Shown: positions 10,224 through 20,096 of the stretch, in pieces
How positions within the stretch are numbered: the stretch's first letter is position 1
Layout: each line of letters opens with the position of its first letter
DNA from: Bacillota bacterium
GTDB taxonomy: Bacteria; Bacillota; Clostridia; Clostridiales; Clostridiaceae
DNA: 64,000 nucleotides
Direction of reading: 5' to 3'
Assembly (NCBI GenBank): GCA_023399035.1
Contig: JAEWQX010000144.1
Coordinates: 255 to 64,254 of the forward strand
Notes under the pieces: model-generated
Database searches by the model: none
Seen by the model: only the letters and a program-made list of their open reading frames with translations
Told to the model about the DNA's origin: nothing
Program-made: the position numbers and the translations under genes

Positions 10224-11243
10224 ATGGATAAGAAAATAATTTTATCAATAGAATCAAGCTGTGATGAAACTTCAGCAGCAGTGGTGGTTAATGGAAGAGA
10301 AGTTTTATCAAATGTAATAGCATCTCAGATAGATACACACAAGAAATACGGAGGAGTAGTTCCAGAAGTTGCATCAAGAATGCATATAGAGGTTGTAGAT
10401 AGTGTTGTTAAGGCTGCACTTGATGAAGCAGGAGTGAAACTTGAAGAAATAGATGCAATTGGAGTAACATATGGGCCAGGATTAGTAGGAGCATTATTAG
10501 TAGGGCTTCAGTATGCTAAAGGGTTAGCTTTAGGGTCTGGAAAACCATTAATACCTGTAAATCACATACAAGGCCACATTTGTGCTAACTTTATTCAGCA
10601 TAAAGACTTGAAACCGCCTTTTGTATCTTTAGTCGTTTCAGGAGGCCATACTTTTATAGTTCATGTAAAATCATACAGAGAATTTGAAGTTATAGGACAG
10701 ACAAGAGATGATGCAGCAGGTGAAGCATATGATAAAGTTGCAAGAGCACTTGGTCTTGGATATCCAGGAGGACCAAAAATCGATAAGCTTGCTAAAGAAG
10801 GAAATGAAAATGCTATTGTATTCCCAAGGGCTAAATTCCATGATGATACATTAGACTTTTCATTCAGCGGAGTAAAATCAGCAGTATTAAATTATTTAAA
10901 CAAAGCTAAGATGAAAGATGAAGAAGTCAATAAAGCTGATGTTGCAGCCTCATTCCAGAAAGCTATAGTTGATGTTTTAAAGAACAATGTATTTTTAACA
11001 TGTGAAAGAAGAAATTTAAATAAGATTGCAGTTGCAGGCGGAGTAGCATCAAATTCATGTTTAAGAGAGACTTTGATAAAAGAAGGTGCAAAAAGAGGAA
11101 TTGATATATTATTCCCAGAGCCTATATTATGTACAGATAATGCAGCTATGATTGGAAGTGCAGCATACTTTAAGTACATAGATGGTTCAGCATCAGATTT
11201 AGATATTAATGCAAAGCCTAATTTAAAATTAGCGGAGGGGTAA
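10224..11243 (+). CDS. tsaD: tRNA t6A threonylcarbamoyltransferase TsaD
   Basis: [47 protein letters not shown]. Confidence 0.97.
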   Translation: MDKKIILSIESSCDETSAAVVVNGREVLSNVIASQIDTHKKYGGVVPEVASRMHIEVVDSVVKAALDEAGVKLEEIDAIGVTYGPGLVGALLVGLQYAKGLALGSGKPLIPVNHIQGHICANFIQHKDLKPPFVSLVVSGGHTFIVHVKSYREFEVIGQTRDDAAGEAYDKVARALGLGYPGGPKIDKLAKEGNENAIVFPRAKFHDDTLDFSFSGVKSAVLNYLNKAKMKDEEVNKADVAASFQKAIVDVLKNNVFLTCERRNLNKIAVAGGVASNSCLRETLIKEGAKRGIDILFPEPILCTDNAAMIGSAAYFKYIDGSASDLDINAKPNLKLAEG

Positions 11244-11251
11244 TTTAAACT

Positions 11252-12256
11252 ATGAAATTATTATCTCATTCTAACGGATTATATAAATTAGATAAAGAGA
11301 AAATTAGTAAGATAAAAATATTAAAAAGATGTGCTATATTTTTAGTTGCATTATTAGCCATAGGATTTTTAATACAGAGTGTAAATAACTTAATTGATAA
11401 TTCAAAGCTAAAATCACGTTTTAAATATGTACGACTTGATGGAAAAAAGGTTGAATATAAACTTAAAGGAAGCGGAGACTATACAGTAATTTTTGATGGA
11501 TCAATAGGAACTAATTTATATGAGTGGGATAAAGTCTGTAAATTATTAGAGGAAGAAGATAAAGTTGTAACTTTTGTTTACAATAGAAGAGGGTATGGAT
11601 TTAATGATGGCGGAGCAAGGCTTACTCCAGAGGAACAGGCCCAGCAGTTAAAGCTGTTATTAAGAAAAGCTGGTGCATCAGAGCCTTATATTTTTGTGGG
11701 AGAACAATATGGAAGCCTTATTTCAACAAGCTTTGTAGAACTATATCCTGATTCAGTAGCAGGTGTTGTTCTTGTTAATCCTATAAACGAGAAGAGTTTG
11801 ACTGAGCATGATGTTAGAAAGAGTATATATGTTCCTTATTTAAGGAGTCAGATTGAATATGCAGGTTCAAATTTTTCTCTTACAGCATTATTAGATAAGA
11901 TGAATCTTGCACTAGAAAATCCTACGTTTACAAACAGCTTGAATGAAAATGAATTAGAAGAATTTAATAGTTTTAAAAATAGAAAAAATTACAGAGAAGC
12001 AGTGAGAAATGAAATAGAAAATTTATATAAGAATACTTCTGACAGTCAGAAGGAGGGTGTATTATCAAGCAAGCCTTTATATATCATAAGTGACAATGAA
12101 GATGAACCATTAATAAATCTTGGAAGTTCTGATTTGACAACTTTATATGTGGAAAGTATTGAAGATGAACCATTTTCAGTTGCAGATCCTGAAAGTGTAG
12201 TTAATGGGATAAATACAGTAATAAAACAGGCAAAAAAATTATCAAAAACTTCTTAA
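11252..12256 (+). CDS. Membrane-anchored alpha/beta-hydrolase-fold protein, catalytically degenerate
   Basis: YNRRGYG, VGEQYG at the nucleophile elbow, YPDSVAGVVLVN; TM helix. Confidence 0.8.
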   Translation: MKLLSHSNGLYKLDKEKISKIKILKRCAIFLVALLAIGFLIQSVNNLIDNSKLKSRFKYVRLDGKKVEYKLKGSGDYTVIFDGSIGTNLYEWDKVCKLLEEEDKVVTFVYNRRGYGFNDGGARLTPEEQAQQLKLLLRKAGASEPYIFVGEQYGSLISTSFVELYPDSVAGVVLVNPINEKSLTEHDVRKSIYVPYLRSQIEYAGSNFSLTALLDKMNLALENPTFTNSLNENELEEFNSFKNRKNYREAVRNEIENLYKNTSDSQKEGVLSSKPLYIISDNEDEPLINLGSSDLTTLYVESIEDEPFSVADPESVVNGINTVIKQAKKLSKTS

Positions 12257-12371
12257 GAGTTGATTACTTATTGCCATTTGTTTGACACAAAAGGCCTATA
12301 TACTAACAGTATAAGATAAATAATATATTTTGATTTATATAGATTGAGTTATTATATAGGAGGAATATAAT

Positions 12372-13592
12372 ATGATGAATGATGAAAATAACAATTATAT
12401 TGATGTAGAATCATCACCAGTTAATGATAATGGTTCAATGGAATTTGAAAATCAATTTAAATATGGAAATGGATTTAAGAAAAAAAGAAGAAAGGGTATA
12501 TTAGGAAAAGTAGCGGGTTGTTTATTACTTACAGTCACAGGAGGATTATTTGGAGGAGGAATCACTTATTCTCTTATAAGAATGAATGGGGGAAATGTAA
12601 ATGGCACTTCAATAAATAATCAAGTAAATTATGTACCACAGTCTTTTACTCAAAGTGATTCAGAAGCAATGTCAGCAGCGGATGCATTCAATAAAGTATC
12701 GCCAGCAGTTGTAATTATATCAACAACAGGTACTACATCCAATGGATTTACATCAAGTCAATATGAAGGAATGGGATCAGGATTTATTATTAATGAAGAT
12801 GGATATATATTAACTAACTATCACGTAATTGAGGGAGCAAAAGATATAACAGTTACATTAAGTGATGGAAATGAAGTTCCTGCAACTGTTGTTAATTATG
12901 ATCAGGAAAAAGATTTAGCAATGATTAAGTTAAAAGAAGGAACTAAAGTTCCAGCAGTTGCTGAACTTGGAGATTCAGATGAATTATACCCAGGAGCAGA
13001 AGTAATAGCAATCGGAACACCACTTTCAAAGAATTTAGCATATACACTTACTAAAGGAATTATAAGCGGTAATGATAGAACTATTGAAACTCAAAGTGGA
13101 ACTAGTGTACACTTAATTCAGACAGATGCAGCTATAAACTCTGGTAATAGCGGTGGACCATTAGTAAACACTAAAGGTCAGGTAATAGGAATAAATTCTA
13201 TGAAGCTTGGTTCACAATCTATGGGAGCTGCAACAGTTGAAGGAATAGGTTTTGCAATTCCTATAAATGAAGTTAAGAGTAAGATAGATACTTTATCCAA
13301 ACAAATATTAAATTTAGGAATTAAAATTAGAGAAATAGATAGTATTACAGCTGAAAAATATAACTTAGAACAAGGGTTATATGTTGCATCAGTTGACGAA
13401 TATTCACCAGCTGAAAAAGGCGGAATTAAGATTGCTGATATAATTATAGAATGTGATGGAAAATCAGTAAAAACATTTGATGAACTTAAGGAAATTAAAC
13501 AGAGCAAAGATGTTGGAGATACTATGAACATAAAAGTCATAAGAGATAAAAAGAGTGTTAATTTAAGTGTAGTTTTAGAAGAAGCAAAATAA
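12372..13592 (+). CDS. htrA: HtrA/DegP serine protease with PDZ domain
   Basis: LTNYHV, DLA, GNSGGP triad; TM anchor; C-terminal PDZ. Confidence 0.93.
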   Translation: MMNDENNNYIDVESSPVNDNGSMEFENQFKYGNGFKKKRRKGILGKVAGCLLLTVTGGLFGGGITYSLIRMNGGNVNGTSINNQVNYVPQSFTQSDSEAMSAADAFNKVSPAVVIISTTGTTSNGFTSSQYEGMGSGFIINEDGYILTNYHVIEGAKDITVTLSDGNEVPATVVNYDQEKDLAMIKLKEGTKVPAVAELGDSDELYPGAEVIAIGTPLSKNLAYTLTKGIISGNDRTIETQSGTSVHLIQTDAAINSGNSGGPLVNTKGQVIGINSMKLGSQSMGAATVEGIGFAIPINEVKSKIDTLSKQILNLGIKIREIDSITAEKYNLEQGLYVASVDEYSPAEKGGIKIADIIIECDGKSVKTFDELKEIKQSKDVGDTMNIKVIRDKKSVNLSVVLEEAK

Positions 13593-13602
13593 TATATTAA
13601 TT

Positions 13603-13640
13603 AAAATAGAAGTATAGGGTTTATATACTTCTATTTTTTT
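13603..13640 (+). terminator. Intrinsic terminator after htrA
   Basis: AAAATAGAAGTATA / TATACTTCTATTTT with T-run. Confidence 0.8.
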
Positions 13641-13718
13641 ACTTTTAGTCTTTAAAGTTTGTATAAATGGTAGTAAAATTAATGATTATAAGTGAATTTT
13701 TGGAGTAAAAGAAATAGT

Positions 13719-14036
13719 ATGGAAGAAATAGTACTGAGTATAATCATGCACAGTGGTGAAGCTAGAAGTTATTCGATGGAAGCTATTACATTAGCAAAAC
13801 GAGGTGATTTTAAAAAATCAAGAGAGTTAATAAGAATGGCTGATGAAGAATTAGGATATGCCCATAGTTCACAAACAAGTCTAATTCAGGGAGAAACTGC
13901 AAATGACCAGATTGATTTTTCATTACTTCTTGTACATGCACAGGATCATTTGATGACAACTATGACATTTAAGGATTTAGCTGTAGAATTAATTGATATT
14001 CATGAAAAAGTCTATAAATTAGAAAATATGAAGTAG
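13719..14036 (+). CDS. PTS lactose/cellobiose-family IIA component (orphan)
   Basis: SGEARS, AHSSQTSLIQ, LLVHAQDHLM phospho-His motif; start codon uncertain. Confidence 0.88.
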   Translation: MEEIVLSIIMHSGEARSYSMEAITLAKRGDFKKSRELIRMADEELGYAHSSQTSLIQGETANDQIDFSLLLVHAQDHLMTTMTFKDLAVELIDIHEKVYKLENMK

Positions 14037-14063
14037 AACAAATAAATAATGTACACCTAGTAT

Positions 14064-14093
14064 GCACATTTTTATTTTTACTTTCATAATTTA
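14064..14093 (+). promoter_or_regulatory. SigmaK-like promoter
   Basis: GCACA-N16-CATAATTTA fits the mACm-N16-CATA---TA consensus. Confidence 0.55.
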
Positions 14094-14123
14094 TTATATA
14101 AATAACTTTTGGAGGTAAAGATA

Positions 14124-14483
14124 ATGAGCGGAAGATTAAGTATGTGTTCTATATGTCCTAGAGAAAATGAGCAGATAGATGCAGTTATAAGAATAGGAAG
14201 AGAAAATAGAAGTGCAATATTTGGAACTATTATTGATGAATGTGGAAGACCTGTAGCTGATGCTGTAATTAAACTATTAAAGGTTTGTGATAAGGCAATA
14301 ATACCATTAACACACACTTTCAGTGATTGTAATGGACAATTCTTGTTAGGCCCTTTATGTCCTAATACGAAATATATGTTAAAGATATTTAAGGATAATA
14401 TAAGAATAAGATATGAGCCAATTAATGCATCATGTTGTAAGGGAAGATGCATTGGTGACAAATCCGATGATAAAGACCGTTAA
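14124..14483 (+). CDS. Small Cys-rich protein with carboxypeptidase-regulatory-like (transthyretin/Cna-B-like) fold; candidate spore coat protein
   Basis: GTIIDECGRPVADAVIKL...TFSDCNGQFLLGPL pattern; 9 Cys in 119 aa; SD GGAGG before ATG 14124. Confidence 0.7.
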   Translation: MSGRLSMCSICPRENEQIDAVIRIGRENRSAIFGTIIDECGRPVADAVIKLLKVCDKAIIPLTHTFSDCNGQFLLGPLCPNTKYMLKIFKDNIRIRYEPINASCCKGRCIGDKSDDKDR

Positions 14484-14522
14484 TATATTTTAATTTAGGA
14501 TAATTAAGATAGTATAGTTAAG

Positions 14523-14555
14523 ATAAAAAGTTCTCTTTTATAGGGAACTTTTTAT
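14523..14555 (+). terminator. Intrinsic terminator
   Basis: ATAAAAAGTTCTCT / AGGGAACTTTTTAT. Confidence 0.7.
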
Positions 14556-14613
14556 GCTATACTTATTATTAAGGAAATATAGGGATTTGTCAGAATAAAA
14601 AGTAGGTGTTTTA

Positions 14614-15753
14614 ATGAAAAAAAAGATTAAATACGGAATAATTTTTATACTTATCTTATTAATAGGTATTATAAGCATTAATTTATATCAACCTGATAAG
14701 GAGCAGACTCTAAAGGGTAAGATAGAGATAATCGCTTATGATGATTCATATAATTATCTTGTTGAATGTGCAGAAAAGTTTATGGATTTAAATGATAAAA
14801 CAACTGTAACTGTTAAGAAGATTTATAGTCCAGATGAAATTTTAAGTGAAATTGAACAAAACAATAATAAAGTAACATATATTGCACAGATTAATAGAAC
14901 GGATTTTGATACTTTAGGATTTGAGAGATTTAATTACCTTGAAGAACAGCAGAATATTTTGAATACATATTCTAAAAATTTTGCACCGTATAGATTACAG
15001 CAGACAAAATATGATGATGTATCTATAGGGATCCCATTTACGTCGAGACCACTTGCATTATATATAAGGGAAGATATGCTTGAAGAATATGGATACAATA
15101 GAGATGAGATGAATACCTGGAATGATGTAAAGAATATTGGAATTGATATTTATGATAAAAGTAACGGAAAAGTAAGAATAATAAATGCCACAGGCCAGGA
15201 TTATGAGGATTTAGTATCTCTATTGACAATGCAGTATATGGGCAAAGATAAAGATGATGAAAATATAAAGTCTCAGGTCATGAACATGCTTGATGATTTG
15301 AAAAATAATAATGTATTAAACATGACTGAGGGTGGAGAATTCTTAGGCAGAATATCATCTATCAATGGGTTAAAAGAAATTATTGCACTAGATGCTGACT
15401 GTAAATGGAGCATAGAAAATGTACCATGCATATCTCATGGCACAGGCAAGTTCTATGGAAGTGAAGGAGATAATCTTGTAGTACTCAATGATGTAGATGA
15501 TAATAAGAAGCTCGTTGAAAAGTTCATAACCTATGTTATGACTAATAATTCTGATGCAGTAGAGTATGTTGAGCAGGGAAAGTTTTTCTCAAGTTATTTA
15601 TATACTTATAAAAACAAAGACATTGAAGTTGAGCCTAATAATTTTATCGGAAGCAGTCCTTTAGTTGTTTTAAGCAATATTGAAGAAAAAGCAATTCCAA
15701 TAAATGATTATTCTCAATATATGAATATTAAAAACAGCATATTAAATAGTTAA
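14614..15753 (+). CDS. Orphan ABC-type extracellular solute-binding-like protein
   Basis: GIPFTSRPLALYIREDML..G...TWNDV pattern of sugar-family SBPs; N-terminal TM, no clear lipobox. Confidence 0.7.
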   Translation: MKKKIKYGIIFILILLIGIISINLYQPDKEQTLKGKIEIIAYDDSYNYLVECAEKFMDLNDKTTVTVKKIYSPDEILSEIEQNNNKVTYIAQINRTDFDTLGFERFNYLEEQQNILNTYSKNFAPYRLQQTKYDDVSIGIPFTSRPLALYIREDMLEEYGYNRDEMNTWNDVKNIGIDIYDKSNGKVRIINATGQDYEDLVSLLTMQYMGKDKDDENIKSQVMNMLDDLKNNNVLNMTEGGEFLGRISSINGLKEIIALDADCKWSIENVPCISHGTGKFYGSEGDNLVVLNDVDDNKKLVEKFITYVMTNNSDAVEYVEQGKFFSSYLYTYKNKDIEVEPNNFIGSSPLVVLSNIEEKAIPINDYSQYMNIKNSILNS

Positions 15754-15770
15754 ATTTTATATGAAAAGAT

Positions 15771-15809
15771 AAAAGAAATAAGCAGCGCATTGTACTTATT
15801 TCTTTTTTT
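15771..15809. terminator. Bidirectional terminator
   Basis: AAAAGAAATAAG / CTTATTTCTTTT between convergent genes. Confidence 0.65.
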
Positions 15810-15881
15810 GTATTAAATTATAAACATAATATCAGCTAACAGTAGATATTAAATAAAAGCACGAAAACCTTATGGATGAAA

Positions 15882-17012
15882 CTATATTGATAATGAATCA
15901 ATTATAGATTTATATGCAGATAAGGTCTTTTCAGCAGTTCTTTTCCATGTGAAGTTTAGACTGTTCTTATATCCCTTTTCGGAAAGTTCTTCCCTTAATA
16001 ATTTATTATTAAGCAGTTTTATCAGTGCATTTTCAAGGTCATTTTCATCATAAGGATTTATTAAGATTGAAGAATCACGTGTGACTTCAGGGATAGATGT
16101 TAAATCAGATGTTATTACGGGGGCTCTGCAGCTCATGGCTTCTAGTGGAGGAAGTCCGAATCCTTCATATAAAGATGGATAAACAAAGGCTTCACAGCCA
16201 CTATACAAAACAGGAAGGATATCTTCGTCTAAGTATCCACAGAATACAATTCTGTCAGACAGATTATTATCTTTAACATAGTTAAAAAGCTTCTCGCCCT
16301 CATCCTTTAGTGAACCGCCAAGAAGCAGTGTATAAGGTTCATCTAGGCTCTTATAGCAGTTTTTAAAAGCATTAATAAGGCCAAGTGCATTTTTTCGTGA
16401 GCTAAATCCTCCAATATAAAGGATATAAGGAGTATTTATATTGTATGTTTTATTTACATAATTTTGACATTGAACTTTATCAAGAGGTTTGAATTTTGAA
16501 TTAGCAGCTAAAGGAGTTACATATATCTTTTCTTCTGGATAAAAACTAAAGAATTTTAAGATATCTTTTTTTGAGTATTCAGATACGGTAAGTATTCCAG
16601 CAGAGTTATATATAATATTAGGCATATCTCTTAAAAAGCGTTCTAAATAGCCTCTACCAACAGTTTCTGGCATTATATATGGTATTAAGTCATGGATTGT
16701 GACTACAGTAGGAATATCTGCATCATAATTCATTCCGATTCCATTCTGAGGAATATGATATAAATCTATTTTAGAATTTTTAATTTTATTAGGAAAGTAA
16801 TATTTTTCATAAAAGCTTCCATGTCGTCCAGAAGAAAAGATTATTTCAGTGTTGCTCTTATTAAAATTTTCATTAAGTGTACCGGAGCAGAATAGCATAA
16901 AATTATCAGAAGGACTGATATCTATCATGTTAGTAACCAAATTGTTAGTGTATGTTCCGATTCCCGTACCATTATATAAATTTGCACCTCTTGCATCTAT
17001 GGCAATTTTCAT
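15882..17012 (-). CDS. GT4 glycosyltransferase (CotSA-like, spore coat locus)
   Basis: TIHDLIP, YPSLYEGFGLPPLEAM. Confidence 0.92.
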   Translation of the reverse strand: MKIAIDARGANLYNGTGIGTYTNNLVTNMIDISPSDNFMLFCSGTLNENFNKSNTEIIFSSGRHGSFYEKYYFPNKIKNSKIDLYHIPQNGIGMNYDADIPTVVTIHDLIPYIMPETVGRGYLERFLRDMPNIIYNSAGILTVSEYSKKDILKFFSFYPEEKIYVTPLAANSKFKPLDKVQCQNYVNKTYNINTPYILYIGGFSSRKNALGLINAFKNCYKSLDEPYTLLLGGSLKDEGEKLFNYVKDNNLSDRIVFCGYLDEDILPVLYSGCEAFVYPSLYEGFGLPPLEAMSCRAPVITSDLTSIPEVTRDSSILINPYDENDLENALIKLLNNKLLREELSEKGYKNSLNFTWKRTAEKTLSAYKSIIDSLSI

Positions 17013-17102
17013 ATGAACACCTCAATCAATAAACATATATATATAAGATATTAAGACGTGTTATTTTTGGTGATAATGAGGATTTGAATTTTATTAATAA
17101 AT

Positions 17103-17131
17103 CACAATAAATTATTTTATGACATATAATA
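17103..17131 (+). promoter_or_regulatory. SigmaK-like promoter for the CotS-like operon
   Basis: CACA-N16-CATATAATA. Confidence 0.55.
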
Positions 17132-17159
17132 AGACAAATAATACTTATCGGGAATTGTT

Positions 17160-18176
17160 ATGAATGAAAGTAATGATACGATTAAAATTAAAAGGGTTAT
17201 CGAGGATAATTATGATTTGACTGTAAAAGAAATTGAGAAAATTAAAAACAGTTATAAGATAATGACTTCAAATGGAACATATTGTTTAAAAACTATTAAA
17301 TATAACTTTCCTCATTTCTATTTTATTTTATCTGCAATGAAGCATCTTCAGAAAAATGGCTTCAAAGATATTCCGGAATTTATATTGAATAATAATGGGA
17401 CAGAATTCTCAGTAATTGATAAAAAATATGTATACTTAACAGAATGGATTCCATCAAGGCTGAGCAATTTTGATAATCCAATTGAACTTTCTCTAGTATC
17501 AACAGAATTGGCAAAACTTCATAAGAGCAGTTTTGGATTTAATATCACTGAAAAGATGAACCCTAGGATAGGGTGGTTCTCCTGGATAGAGGTTTTTAAA
17601 ACACGGAAAAATGAAATACGTGATTTTCAAAAAAGAATTTATCAAAAAGTAAATATGTCGGATTTTGATAAGTTATATTTAAACAGCATAGATAAGGAAC
17701 TAAAAAGAGCGGAAAAAAGTATCGGAGGATTAGCAAAAAATAATTATTTAGGCGTTATGGAAAAAGAGGTATTCAAGAGGGGTTTTTGTCATCATGATTA
17801 TGCACATCACAATATATTAGTAGATAACAGGGAACGATTTAAGATAATTGATTTTGATTATTGCATACTGGATTCTCATATTCATGATATTTCATCTCTA
17901 TTAATAAGATCGATGAAAAATGGAAAATGGAGCACTAGGAAGGCAGATCTTATCCTATATTCCTATGAAAAGATATTTGAAATAGAAAAGAGTGAATTAC
18001 CTATAATGAGGGAGTTTATAAGGTTTCCCCAAGCATTCTGGCAACTTGGAATACAGGTATATTGGGAACAGCAGCCATGGGGAGAAGAGTTTTTCTTAAA
18101 TAAGCTGGAAAAGTATCTTGAAGATTCTGATGAAAGAGAAGATTTCATTGATTCTTATTTTGAAGGAGGAGATTAA
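17160..18176 (+). CDS. CotS-family spore coat kinase-like protein
   Basis: CLK, CHHDYAHHN, IDFD motifs. Confidence 0.9.
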   Translation: MNESNDTIKIKRVIEDNYDLTVKEIEKIKNSYKIMTSNGTYCLKTIKYNFPHFYFILSAMKHLQKNGFKDIPEFILNNNGTEFSVIDKKYVYLTEWIPSRLSNFDNPIELSLVSTELAKLHKSSFGFNITEKMNPRIGWFSWIEVFKTRKNEIRDFQKRIYQKVNMSDFDKLYLNSIDKELKRAEKSIGGLAKNNYLGVMEKEVFKRGFCHHDYAHHNILVDNRERFKIIDFDYCILDSHIHDISSLLIRSMKNGKWSTRKADLILYSYEKIFEIEKSELPIMREFIRFPQAFWQLGIQVYWEQQPWGEEFFLNKLEKYLEDSDEREDFIDSYFEGGD

Positions 18177-18177
18177 A

Positions 18178-18927
18178 ATAAATGAATTATCACTCAATGA
18201 ATATTTAGAATCAAAGGGAATAATTGTGGAAGGAAAATATTTTTCACATAGTAAGGATTTTAGCAGAAAGTCATTTGAAAACCAGATAAGCACAATGGTA
18301 GAGCTGCATAAATTATTAATTAACTGCAAGTTCAACACATTAAGCAGATTTGGAAGCACTATAGGAAAGGAAGTTGAGAGCTTTAAAGTTCAGTTAAAAA
18401 GGATTAAGAGAGATTATAGGATAATTTTTGATAAGAATTATAAAAATGATACCGAAAAGCTATTTCTTTCTGAAGGTAAGAGAATGATTTATCAGGGAAG
18501 GCAGGCAGTTGATTATATATATAATAATGGATATTTAGATATTATAAAGCGGAGCATGAACAGAGAGGAAATATGTATTGGAAGAGCTGATTCTGGAAAT
18601 CTGAAGAAAGAAGATGGAAAATTCAAAATAGGTTTAACTAAAGGTATGTCATATAATCTTGTTGAAGAAGATTTATATAAATATATAAAAAGGATTCAGA
18701 AAAAAGAAATCAAGATAGATGTAGAGGATTTTATACGAATTTTTGTGCATCAGTCCCACTTATCTCAGAGCAGCATTTATTACCTTAATGGATTATGTAT
18801 GTATCCGAGAGATTTTTTTAAAGTATGGGAGCGGTATAGGGATAATAAAAAGAATAAAAGCAGTGATGAGTTTTTAGAACTTTTAAGCAATAGCTTGAAG
18901 TATGAGGATAAAAGCTATATGAATTAG
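18178..18927 (+). CDS. Degenerate CotS-like spore coat protein
   Basis: LHK, YPRDFFK resemble the neighbouring CotS proteins but HxD/DFD are absent; strong SD AGGAGG (18164-69) points to in-frame ATA at 18178; start uncertain. Confidence 0.7.
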   Translation: MNELSLNEYLESKGIIVEGKYFSHSKDFSRKSFENQISTMVELHKLLINCKFNTLSRFGSTIGKEVESFKVQLKRIKRDYRIIFDKNYKNDTEKLFLSEGKRMIYQGRQAVDYIYNNGYLDIIKRSMNREEICIGRADSGNLKKEDGKFKIGLTKGMSYNLVEEDLYKYIKRIQKKEIKIDVEDFIRIFVHQSHLSQSSIYYLNGLCMYPRDFFKVWERYRDNKKNKSSDEFLELLSNSLKYEDKSYMN

Positions 18928-18967
18928 TGTTCAAATTATATCCATTATTAAATATGGAGGGAATGGA

Positions 18968-20002
18968 ATGAATAGGATAAAGTATTCAGAGAGAGAATAT
19001 TTATGTGATTATGATTTGAGCCTTAGTTTCTTTAATGAAGCAGGTATAAAAGTAAATGATATAACTCCCTTAAGAAAAGTTTTTTTATTATCTACAGATG
19101 ATGGGAACAAGATACTTAAGAAAGTCAATTACGGAGTTGAAAGAATAGAATTTATAAGTGATTGTTTAGATTATCTGAAGAAAAACTACAAAAATATAAT
19201 AAGCTATAATAAATTAAAGAATAAACTTAACTATATAAAGTGGAATGATGATATTTATATAATAATGGACATTCTTGATGGTAGGGAAGCATCATTTTCT
19301 AATCCCATAGAAATCGAATTGTGTGCAGAAAATATTGCACTTATGCATAAGGGATCAAAAGGAATTCTCAAATATATGAATAATAAATACAAAAAGGATT
19401 TTATTGATGAATCATTTAAGGTAAAGATTAAAAGGATACTAGAAGATTTTGAATATATGAGAAGTGTTGCAGAAAAATATAGATATAAAAATGAATTTGA
19501 TATTTTATTCTTAAATAACATAGATAAGTATATAAATGAAATTAAAGATGTAGAGGAAGAGCTTGATAAAAGTCAGTATGATAAGCTGAGAAGCGACTAT
19601 GACAATATTACAGTATGTCACAATGATTTAGCATATCATAACTTTTTAATTAAGAATTCAGAAGTAAATATTATAGATTTTGATTACCTTACTTTAGATT
19701 TAAGGGTGTGTGATATTTCAGATTTTTTACTTAAAGCAATAAAAAATTCTGCTTTTGATATTGATAAAATGATACTTGCACTAAACTCCTATGAAAAAGT
19801 AAGCCAGCTCACTAAGGATGAAAAAGAACTTATTTATATTTATTTAAAGTTTCCAAGGGATTTCTATTCTATCACAAAAGATTATTATTTCAAGAAGAAG
19901 AAATGGAGTTATGATGTTTATTTAAACAGGTTATGCAATAAACTAAATAATGAACCTTTCAGAGAGGAGTTTATAGGTGAGTATAAAAATCTTATAGTAT
20001 AA
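18968..20002 (+). CDS. CotS-family spore coat kinase-like protein
   Basis: CHNDLAYHN, IDFD, FPRDF motifs. Confidence 0.9.
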   Translation: MNRIKYSEREYLCDYDLSLSFFNEAGIKVNDITPLRKVFLLSTDDGNKILKKVNYGVERIEFISDCLDYLKKNYKNIISYNKLKNKLNYIKWNDDIYIIMDILDGREASFSNPIEIELCAENIALMHKGSKGILKYMNNKYKKDFIDESFKVKIKRILEDFEYMRSVAEKYRYKNEFDILFLNNIDKYINEIKDVEEELDKSQYDKLRSDYDNITVCHNDLAYHNFLIKNSEVNIIDFDYLTLDLRVCDISDFLLKAIKNSAFDIDKMILALNSYEKVSQLTKDEKELIYIYLKFPRDFYSITKDYYFKKKKWSYDVYLNRLCNKLNNEPFREEFIGEYKNLIV

Positions 20003-20044
20003 AATATGAAAATAATAATATAAAATATGAAAATAATAATATAA
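19998..20044 (+). repeat. 21-bp tandem duplication
   Basis: TATAAAATATGAAAATAATAA twice plus a partial third copy. Confidence 0.85.
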
Positions 20045-20049
20045 TTAAT

Positions 20050-20081
20050 AAAAACGTTCAAATTCTTTTGAACGTTTTTTT
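20050..20081. terminator. Bidirectional terminator
   Basis: AAAAACGTTCAAA / TTTGAACGTTTTT. Confidence 0.8.
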
Positions 20082-20096
20082 ATAGATTTTATTATA

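Noticed and set aside
19998..20044. 21-bp tandem repeat as a possible CRISPR or regulatory array
   Set aside because: Only two contiguous copies, no spacers and no cas genes; consistent with slippage duplication.
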